Below, piece after piece: positions 8,831-15,906 of a stretch of 19,335 nucleotides of DNA (its first letter is position 1; every line of letters begins with the position of its first letter). The DNA comes from Nitrosomonas europaea. GTDB taxonomy: Bacteria > Pseudomonadota > Gammaproteobacteria > Burkholderiales > Nitrosomonadaceae. The notes beneath the pieces were generated by a model, which was given only the letters and a program-made list of their open reading frames with translations, was not told the DNA's origin and searched no databases. Both the position numbers and the translations under genes were made by a program. The stretch lies in assembly GCF_900167395.1 (NCBI RefSeq), contig NZ_FUWK01000046.1, forward strand, positions 1 through 19,335, in the 5' to 3' direction.

Positions 8831-10033
8831 TCAAACCGATACATGCGAGCGACGCTTGCGCACTGCGGTCAACCGCAATGTCATGATGCAGGCCAGGCAC
8901 AACACACCGGTCAACAGACTCCACGCAAGCGATACGCTGCCAGTTTGACTGAACAGCTGTCCATAAAGCGGTGGACCCAGCGCAAACCCGGAGAAGAATG
9001 CAAAAGAAACATAGCCGGAAGTTTCGGTCACCCGCCCGAATGCAGAATCTCTGATCAGCATACTCATTGCAATCGCATTGGTTGCAACTGCAGACATACC
9101 CATTCCGATCGCCCCGGCCCACAGGTACCCGTGGCTGCCAGGCCCAGCCTGCATCGTCAGCATGATCGCACCAGCAGCAATGGCAATCAGCGCAAACAGC
9201 AAATGGGATTCATCACTGAACTTATTGCCCAGCGGCGTCAATATGATTCGCGACAGCATTCCGGTGATGCCGAATACAGCGATCAGCGTACCTGCCTGTG
9301 CAAGCGGCATCTCCTGTAATGTGGCAAAAGTCGGCAGAAATGTCACAAATGCGGACAAGGCCAGACCAACACTGAACTGGATCGCCATCAGCCACGACAG
9401 CAACATATTCGGGCGCGTAAAAATCAGTTGCCTGTTTTTCCTGACGTGCTGTGCGGGCGTCACAAGCCATGCCGCAAGGCTGAACAGCACAGCGACCGGC
9501 ACGATAACACCAAACGCGATACGCCAGCCGTATTGGAATGCAATGGCAGGTAATACCAATCCGGCGAAAAGCGCAGCCAGCTGGACACCGGACTGTTTCA
9601 ATCCCACTATCCATGCCCTTTGTTCCGGCCGGATCTGGTGTGCAATCAGCAAATTGGTCGCCGGATTTGCCAGTGCCTGTGCGATACCGCAAATGGCTGT
9701 TGCCATGATCAGGCTGAAAAATGCTTGTGTTATTGCAATCAGTGCAAAAGCGGCAGCAACAGCACAAAAAAGAACAATCAATGCGGTACGTACACCAATG
9801 TAATCAACAATTGCGCCTGCTCGAAGCGACAGGATGGCCGCCAGACCAAATGAGCTCATGATCAGATAGCCAATGGCAACCGGTTCGAAACCGAGATCGC
9901 GGCTGAGTAACGGCCCCAGCGTACTGGTGGTATACAAAACAAGCATCGGTAGTGTCATGGCGAACACCAGGACTGCTTGCAACAAAACATCGGTCAGCGC
10001 GGATCGCGGTAATTGCCTGTAATCGACCGACAT
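8831..10033 (-). CDS. MFS transporter (about 12 TM segments), last gene of the thioacid operon
   Basis: About 400 aa and highly hydrophobic, with repeated TM segments in MFS-like 6+6 organisation. I prefer the ATG at 10033 (MSVDYRQLP...), which has an AGAGGA Shine-Dalgarno 7 nt upstream. The track start at 10081 is TTG and overlaps the ACAD stop. Confidence 0.85.
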   Translation of the reverse strand: MSVDYRQLPRSALTDVLLQAVLVFAMTLPMLVLYTTSTLGPLLSRDLGFEPVAIGYLIMSSFGLAAILSLRAGAIVDYIGVRTALIVLFCAVAAAFALIAITQAFFSLIMATAICGIAQALANPATNLLIAHQIRPEQRAWIVGLKQSGVQLAALFAGLVLPAIAFQYGWRIAFGVIVPVAVLFSLAAWLVTPAQHVRKNRQLIFTRPNMLLSWLMAIQFSVGLALSAFVTFLPTFATLQEMPLAQAGTLIAVFGITGMLSRIILTPLGNKFSDESHLLFALIAIAAGAIMLTMQAGPGSHGYLWAGAIGMGMSAVATNAIAMSMLIRDSAFGRVTETSGYVSFAFFSGFALGPPLYGQLFSQTGSVSLAWSLLTGVLCLACIMTLRLTAVRKRRSHVSV

Positions 10034-10077
10034 GAAATATCCTCTGGAAAGTGTTCGATTTCGTGAAAGATCAGAAC

Positions 10078-11277
10078 TCAATCAAACGGATAAACCGTGT
10101 GATGTTCATAATGACTGATCAGGCGGCGCCCCACCGAGCTGATCAGTGATTCATCATTGCCATCCAGAATGCGGGAAGTCCGTGCAATGCGATGAATACC
10201 GTAAAGCGGTGTCAAGTCACTCAGCCCTTCTGCACCATACAGCTGCATTGCACTATCAGAAGCAATGCATAAAGCCCTTGAAGCGGCCATTTTGGCAACG
10301 TTGATCGCGATTTCATCAGGGCACTGGGCATCAACGCCGCGCGCAGCGATGCGAACAAGCTCACGTGCACCGGCAATCGCCTGATAGGTGTTGAAGAAAT
10401 GCTGGCGTACAAGCTGTTTTTCTACCAGAAGCCCGAGTTTTCCCCGGGTTGAATGAACACGCCCGCCCATCAAATCCATACACCGCCGGGCAAGGCCAAT
10501 CCAGTTCATCGCGCGCAGCAACCGGCCAAGGCCAAGCCGTTTGTTCATCAGCTCCAGACCGCCACCACACACCCCTATCAAATAATGTTCGGGAACTTGT
10601 ACATCAGCCAGGGAAACTTCTCCCTGGCCGCAGGCATGTCCCATCATCATCAGTTGGCGCTCGACTCTGAAACCCGGCGTGTCGGCAGGTACTATGATCA
10701 TCGATAAGGCATGATCGAGGGCCGTTTCTTTGCCGGCTGTCCGCGCGAGAACTGTCATGAACGTGGCACGATCCGCATTGGAAATAAACCATTTCCTGCC
10801 ATTGACATGCCAGCGACCATTGGACAGATGCGCCGTGGTTGTGATCAGTCCTGGAATCGAACCGCTCTGGCCAGGCTCGGTCATGCCATAGCAGGGTAAT
10901 GCCTCCCCGTTTGCCATCGGTTGCAGAAACTGCTGCCGGATGATTGCGTTTCCGAATCGCGACAACATATGCGCATCGAGGGCGGTATGACTGGCAAAGA
11001 TCGCCTGGGAAAATTCTGTGCGTCCCTCCTGTTCCGCAACCAGCAAATAATCTTCCAGAGAGGCAATTTTTCCACCATGCGATAGCGGATAGAACAAACC
11101 GTACAAACCGGCCTGTCTGGCTTCAAGTGCCAGATCGGATTGCAACTGCAACGCCTGTGCACCCGGCCGGGAAAGTTGCGGCTCGTTCGGAATGATGATC
11201 TCGTCGACAAATTCCCTGACTTTCTGCGCCAATACCCTGGCTGTTTCTCTGTGACCACTGCTGAATGCCGGTAACAT
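10078..11277 (-). CDS. acyl-CoA dehydrogenase-family flavoprotein
   Basis: 399 aa with ACAD hallmarks: CYGMTEPGQSGS, WHVNGRKWFISNA, and C-terminal QLYGAEGLS...RIARTSRILDGNDES. Its ATG shares one base with the upstream ANL stop (TGATG at 11279-11275). Confidence 0.9.
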   Translation of the reverse strand: MLPAFSSGHRETARVLAQKVREFVDEIIIPNEPQLSRPGAQALQLQSDLALEARQAGLYGLFYPLSHGGKIASLEDYLLVAEQEGRTEFSQAIFASHTALDAHMLSRFGNAIIRQQFLQPMANGEALPCYGMTEPGQSGSIPGLITTTAHLSNGRWHVNGRKWFISNADRATFMTVLARTAGKETALDHALSMIIVPADTPGFRVERQLMMMGHACGQGEVSLADVQVPEHYLIGVCGGGLELMNKRLGLGRLLRAMNWIGLARRCMDLMGGRVHSTRGKLGLLVEKQLVRQHFFNTYQAIAGARELVRIAARGVDAQCPDEIAINVAKMAASRALCIASDSAMQLYGAEGLSDLTPLYGIHRIARTSRILDGNDESLISSVGRRLISHYEHHTVYPFD

Positions 11278-12959
11278 CAGTGCATCCTTGCTGAAAAATC
11301 CACTCTACTGACCACCGCAGCATTACTCTTGAATTGCGTATTTTCCAGTTCGGCAATCAACTGCTTTTTATCGACTTTTCCTGCCGGACTGAGCGGCAGT
11401 TGTCTCAAATAGCGCAGATACTCGGGTAGTTTGTTTTGCTCCAGACCGCGATCGAGCAAAAAACGGGCAAATTGCGCCAACGATGGCCGCTCGGCACCTT
11501 CGCTCATCACCAGGCACAGGCAGACACGGTGTCCCAGATCTTCATCCTCTACCGGGATGCAGGCTGCGCTGACGACAGCGGGATGGGATGCGGCAATATC
11601 TTCAATCTGCGCCGGGCTGATGTTGATACCACCACGAATGATGATTTCCTTTTTCCTGCCGGTCAGTACCAGATTACCCTGTTCATCGATAAATCCGAGA
11701 TCTCCGGTATACACCCAACCCTCGGCATCGCGGTACAACGCATCCAGCTCGGGATTATTGACATATTGCATAGGCGTGATGGGGCCGCGCGCAGCAATTT
11801 CACCAGTTTGGCCCTGCGCCAGTTCGTTCTTCCGATCATCGACAATTCTGATCGAGCATACCTCGGGATTAGGACGGCCGGTTGTATGCAGAACGGTAGT
11901 CATATTATCGTCCAGCATCGTATGGCAATTCACGCCATCAGCTGAACCATACAGATTGATGAAACTGCATCCGAATGCGCCACAGCAACGCAGGATCGAG
12001 GTTTCATCGATTTTTGCACCGCCACTGACGATTGCAACCAGGCTGGAAATATCGATCTTCGCCAGGTCCGGATCAGCTGCAATGCGCTGAAACATGGTCG
12101 GAACACCAAAAACATGCGTTGGTCTGAGTTGCCCAATCGCCCGAATCGTTGCCACAACATCAAACCGCGGCAACATAATCAGGGTTCCCCCCATCCAGGA
12201 CAACACACCGAATGTCGCTGACGAGCCGAAAGCCGTTCCCAGTGGCACCAGATAAAGCGCACGGAAATCTTTGTCCCGCGTGTGAATATGCTGCAGGAAA
12301 CGTCCACGCCCGCCCGCCAGTGCGTTATGGGAATAAGCAATCCATTTGGGATCTGCTTCAGTTCCGGAAGAAATCAGGAAACGTGCGGGTGAATCAGGAT
12401 CGACATCAGGCAGTTCTTCGGTAGCAATCGGCCGGGATTGAAATAGGTCGTTCAGCGTGTGCCAGCCTGTTCGTGCCACACCATCCACCACCAGTATCCG
12501 CAGCGACAGTAACGCAGGCCGCAGTGATTCGATCAGTTCACATAAATCCTGTTGCAGGAACAAGGGTTCAACCACGATTACACGCGCATCACATCGCTGC
12601 AATAGCGATTGAATGTCAAGGCGTCCGCGTCCTGGCGGGAAAGGTGCAACGATGGCACCCAATGCTGCCGCAGCCAGATCAATTGCGCAGTGATGCGCGC
12701 TATTGGCCAGCTGATAAGCAATGACATCGCCGGCAACCACCCCCAGATGCCGTAAACTGTTCGCCAGACGGGTAACTTTGTGCAGCAACTGCCGATAGGT
12801 TAGGGTGTGGTCCAGCGTGACCACAGCCGGTTTTTCAGGATTTTTCCGCGCATGCTCACAAAACAGGTCAAATAAGGATTTATCAGGATAAATCCCATCA
12901 TTTGTCCACTGTTGGCGAACCTCGGCAGGAACCAGATCGATAATGCCGGCGTGATTCAT
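11277..12959 (-). CDS. ANL-superfamily adenylate-forming enzyme (acyl-CoA ligase-like)
   Basis: 560 aa. Motifs: AMP-binding P-loop FLISSGTEADPK (one deviation from the classic S/T-G-x-P-K pattern), YGSADG, YTGDLG, GRKKEIIIRGGINISP and C-terminal PAGKVDKKQL. Its start overlaps the CoA-transferase stop as ATGA at 12959-12956. Confidence 0.9.
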   Translation of the reverse strand: MNHAGIIDLVPAEVRQQWTNDGIYPDKSLFDLFCEHARKNPEKPAVVTLDHTLTYRQLLHKVTRLANSLRHLGVVAGDVIAYQLANSAHHCAIDLAAAALGAIVAPFPPGRGRLDIQSLLQRCDARVIVVEPLFLQQDLCELIESLRPALLSLRILVVDGVARTGWHTLNDLFQSRPIATEELPDVDPDSPARFLISSGTEADPKWIAYSHNALAGGRGRFLQHIHTRDKDFRALYLVPLGTAFGSSATFGVLSWMGGTLIMLPRFDVVATIRAIGQLRPTHVFGVPTMFQRIAADPDLAKIDISSLVAIVSGGAKIDETSILRCCGAFGCSFINLYGSADGVNCHTMLDDNMTTVLHTTGRPNPEVCSIRIVDDRKNELAQGQTGEIAARGPITPMQYVNNPELDALYRDAEGWVYTGDLGFIDEQGNLVLTGRKKEIIIRGGINISPAQIEDIAASHPAVVSAACIPVEDEDLGHRVCLCLVMSEGAERPSLAQFARFLLDRGLEQNKLPEYLRYLRQLPLSPAGKVDKKQLIAELENTQFKSNAAVVSRVDFSARMH

Positions 12960-14848
12960 TGAAACCTCCAGGGTGAAGTGACTCTGGTATACGAACCGAT
13001 CTCAAGATACGGTTTCAGACGGGGATCACCATGCAGGTCATTAAGATCTTCGATAACGATGGCTGCCGGTACAGCAGCCTGCTGCAGAACAACCAGCCAT
13101 TCTGCAGCAGTCTTGCCCAGAAAGGATCTACCCAGCCGTTGCCATAATTCACTCTTATCTCCAGCAGACAAATCCAATGTCTGCATCAGCCGTAGTAATG
13201 TGTCATCATCGAGACATTCGATCGCAATTTTTCCCTTTCCCGTCTCGAAAACCCGATTGAGCACACTTTGCGCGGGCGGAACACAGTCGAAGAAATCGTG
13301 CCGGTTCTGAAAATCATCACTACACAACAATATTGCCGCACCCAGCAGCGAGGAAGTCACCTTAGCCCCTGCACAATTCAATTGGCGATTGAGCAAGGCA
13401 GCAGTAATGCCTTGCGCCGCAATGACTCCACCGAGCACATCCAGCGCCGTGAACAATGTTCCACCCTGTGTGCCGCAAGTTCGGGAAATTTTCTGTGCAA
13501 CGCCGGAATACGCCTGCACCATGAAATCTGTTCCCGGCAGCGACGGGGATCGTAATGATATTTCCCCGCCATCGGTAAACCAGCCAGATGCGTGTGCATA
13601 AATCAGGGCAGGATTTACACGACTCAGATCAGCGTAATCGAGATCCAGCTCAAGCGCCTTGCCAGGTGCCCAATTGTGCAGGAACACATCGGCATGTCTT
13701 GCCATTTCAGTGATTTCCTCCTGCCCGCAGGGAGATTTGATATCAATTTCACGGATGACCTTGAGCCGATTCAATGCATCAAACCGTACCGAGCATCCTT
13801 CTGATACCGGCGGCATCCCGCGCAACGGATCTCCCCCGGGAGGTTCGATACGAATCACCCGGGCACCGAGCAGTGCCAGCAAATGCCCGGCCAGCGGCCC
13901 CTGAATACGCCGACAGGATTCGATTACAGTAAGTCCGCTCAGCGGCAGTAAACCACTGGCGGATGTTAACGGCAATTCTGGTTGAGGTACCGCACAATCG
14001 AATACCCACGGTCCTTTCAGCCAGTTTGATTTGAAATGTTCGTCATCCATCCTTTCATCAAGCGTGCGGACACGACATATCGCCATACCGGCATCCGCGC
14101 AAAGCCTGGAAATATCTGCATATCCCAGCTTCGATACCGCACGGGTAAGTTCACCCGGAATGGGTGCGATGGCTTTTGCGTAGCGCAGCAGAAAAGCGGT
14201 CCAGCCCTTGCCAGCCAGCGTTCTGCTGATATCCAGTTGCGTCCAGAACCTTAGCCAGGGATCCGGATTGAGGGTTTCGAGTTCGAAAACGATGCCATCC
14301 GCTGATATGAATGGAGGGGCCGGGGAATGATCGGCATCAGCGGATGACAGATTTTCCGATGAGGATGTGCTCGTTGCATCGGCAATGTATTGCGAAGTAC
14401 TGAGCAAGGCTGCAGCCGCCATGGAAATATGGCTATCTGAAACAGCCAGGCCACGTAAATTACCGAGTGCTACGGCCATGCCACCTTGCAATGCCAGCGC
14501 AGTCGTAACGGTTGAAACATACTGAAGTCCGAACGGCTGAATTGCCCCGGTTGAACGCCCATGCACCGACATCAAACCACAGGCCGCCTGCATCATGCTT
14601 TCGGTGATGGCGCCCGGTTGATCGCAATCACTCCACCCGGTTATGACACAATTAACGAGCCTGGCCTGCGGTGCCCTGAAAACAAAAGAGAATGTCCCCT
14701 GATCAGCGTAATCATCAGCCTCGACCACTTTCAACCCCAGCCGGCCGGACTGGTAATTCAGGGAAAATCCCACTGCGGCAAAAGGAGACGGGGGCGTTCT
14801 GAAAGGCCCCGAAACCGTACAATCTTTCAGTGATTTGATCATGATCAT
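12956..14848 (-). CDS. family III CoA-transferase (CaiB/BaiF type) with an internal duplication: a degenerate N-terminal module plus a canonical C-terminal module
   Basis: The C-terminal half (about 12959-13957) reads LSGLTVIESCRRIQGPLAGHLLALLGARVIRIEPPGGDP ... HASGW ... PGTDFMVQAYSG (candidate catalytic Asp) ... ALDVLGGVIAAQGITAAL. The N-terminal half (about 13958-14848) repeats the same order in degenerate form: ITGW...AITESMMQAACG...VTTALALQGGMAVAL...FISADGIVFELETL. The track start at 14869 is TTG, and the first ATGs are at 14848 and 14842. Confidence 0.85.
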   Translation of the reverse strand: MIMIKSLKDCTVSGPFRTPPSPFAAVGFSLNYQSGRLGLKVVEADDYADQGTFSFVFRAPQARLVNCVITGWSDCDQPGAITESMMQAACGLMSVHGRSTGAIQPFGLQYVSTVTTALALQGGMAVALGNLRGLAVSDSHISMAAAALLSTSQYIADATSTSSSENLSSADADHSPAPPFISADGIVFELETLNPDPWLRFWTQLDISRTLAGKGWTAFLLRYAKAIAPIPGELTRAVSKLGYADISRLCADAGMAICRVRTLDERMDDEHFKSNWLKGPWVFDCAVPQPELPLTSASGLLPLSGLTVIESCRRIQGPLAGHLLALLGARVIRIEPPGGDPLRGMPPVSEGCSVRFDALNRLKVIREIDIKSPCGQEEITEMARHADVFLHNWAPGKALELDLDYADLSRVNPALIYAHASGWFTDGGEISLRSPSLPGTDFMVQAYSGVAQKISRTCGTQGGTLFTALDVLGGVIAAQGITAALLNRQLNCAGAKVTSSLLGAAILLCSDDFQNRHDFFDCVPPAQSVLNRVFETGKGKIAIECLDDDTLLRLMQTLDLSAGDKSELWQRLGRSFLGKTAAEWLVVLQQAAVPAAIVIEDLNDLHGDPRLKPYLEIGSYTRVTSPWRFQ

Positions 14849-14879
14849 CACTCTGGTGCTCAACAGCAAACAGATAAGT

Positions 14880-15152
14880 TCAACCTCCCGCTACCGCAGG
14901 CAGAATCGTCAACACATCACCATCACGCAGGCTGGTTGCCAGACCATCCTGGAAGCGGATGTCGTTATCATTGACGTATATATTGATGAAGCGATGGGCA
15001 TTGCCATTGGCAACAAGTTTTTCCTTGATTCCAGGATATTGCTGATCCATGTGATCGATGATTTCGGAAACTCTGCTGCCTTCCATATCAATGTGTTTCT
15101 GTTGATGGGTGAGTGGCCTCAATATGGTTGGAATAATGACTGTGATGGACAT
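14880..15152 (-). CDS. MoaD/ThiS-family beta-grasp sulfur-carrier protein, CysO-like, with a C-terminal Gly-Gly
   Basis: 90 aa: MSITVIIPTILRPLT...HRFINIYVNDNDIRFQDGLATSLRDGDVLTILPAVAGG, followed by a stop. It closely resembles M. tuberculosis CysO as I recall it (...HRFVNIYVNDEDVRF...TILPAVAGG). The TGA immediately follows GG (14882-14880). Confidence 0.9.
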   Translation of the reverse strand: MSITVIIPTILRPLTHQQKHIDMEGSRVSEIIDHMDQQYPGIKEKLVANGNAHRFINIYVNDNDIRFQDGLATSLRDGDVLTILPAVAGG

Positions 15153-15358
15153 AAGCGCAATACCCTTTCAGTAAATGGTTTTGTAACGAGGAGGCTGTTT
15201 TAAGAGGAGTAACGTAGCCATACCCCTGAAAAACCGTGCAATCCAGCATGTAACGTTCTCATTCGACGCGTAATCAAAAAAGTAAAAATTTTTTGAACGA
15301 TACGTACCATCGATCCGGAGCGATCAACTGAGGTTTTCAGGTTTAAAGACGGTGTTGA

Positions 15359-15805
15359 TCAAGCCACCATCATCTGGAATTCCAGTTCAGGCTGATATTG
15401 CCGGACGATCTGCACCCTTTCTTCGATCACCATCTGATCAACGATGCGGAAACTGCGGATTTCTTCCTTATGCGGAGAACAGGTTGGAATAATGACGTAA
15501 TGGGCCTGCGGCTCGGCAGCCAGCTCAACGTCACTACGGCTCGGGTATGCCTCGCTGCCAGTATGGGAATGATAAATAACAACCGGCTCTTCATGACGTG
15601 CACTCATTTCTTTCCAGACCTGCAACTGCTGCTGGGGATCAAACATAAAAAAATTCTCTGACTGTGCGACATTACGCATTGGAATCAGGCGTAGAGGCAG
15701 ATTGGAGCCAGCAAGACCGGCAATAATGCCGCAGGTTTCAATGGGGTGATCTTTTAATGACTGTGTAATCATGGCACTGATCAGCTTGGTATGAATCGTC
15801 AGCAT
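15359..15805 (-). CDS. JAMM/MPN+ (Mov34, Prok-JAB) zinc metalloprotease, Mec+/QbsD/PdtG-like
   Basis: 148 aa starting at the ATG at 15805 (MLTIHTKLISAM...), with a GGGAGA Shine-Dalgarno 9 nt upstream. It has the conserved Glu in HPIETCGII and an intact JAMM motif HSHTGSEAYPSRSD (HxHx7Sx2D). The track start at 15946 is GTG and would overlap moeZ by 40 nt, so I rejected it. Confidence 0.88.
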   Translation of the reverse strand: MLTIHTKLISAMITQSLKDHPIETCGIIAGLAGSNLPLRLIPMRNVAQSENFFMFDPQQQLQVWKEMSARHEEPVVIYHSHTGSEAYPSRSDVELAAEPQAHYVIIPTCSPHKEEIRSFRIVDQMVIEERVQIVRQYQPELEFQMMVA

Positions 15806-15906
15806 AATTTTTGTCTCCCGCTTAGTTTGTTGGTCGTTGTTACCGCTTTCCCTGTAACCTGGAGAAATTCGATTTGACTGGTTGAAACTAGCTCTGTGAT
15901 CCGTTG

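Noticed and set aside
8705-9803. Long plus-strand ORFs (204 and 241 aa) opposite the MFS gene; similar antisense ORFs at 1396-1944, 2790-3260, 3352-3978, 3979-4476, 11431-12090 and 12978-13310
   Set aside because: They are antisense or off-frame shadows of strongly supported genes. Their translations are Cys/Arg/Ser-rich and low in complexity, with no domain signatures.
15168-15221. 17-codon upstream ORF (MATLLLLKQPPRYKTIY) on the minus strand inside the JAMM-SCP gap, ending 15 nt before the SCP start codon
   Set aside because: The only purine-rich tract (AGGGG) ends 1 nt before its ATG, which is too close for a functional Shine-Dalgarno. It is very short, and its conservation cannot be assessed here. 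I mention it only as a possible leader peptide.
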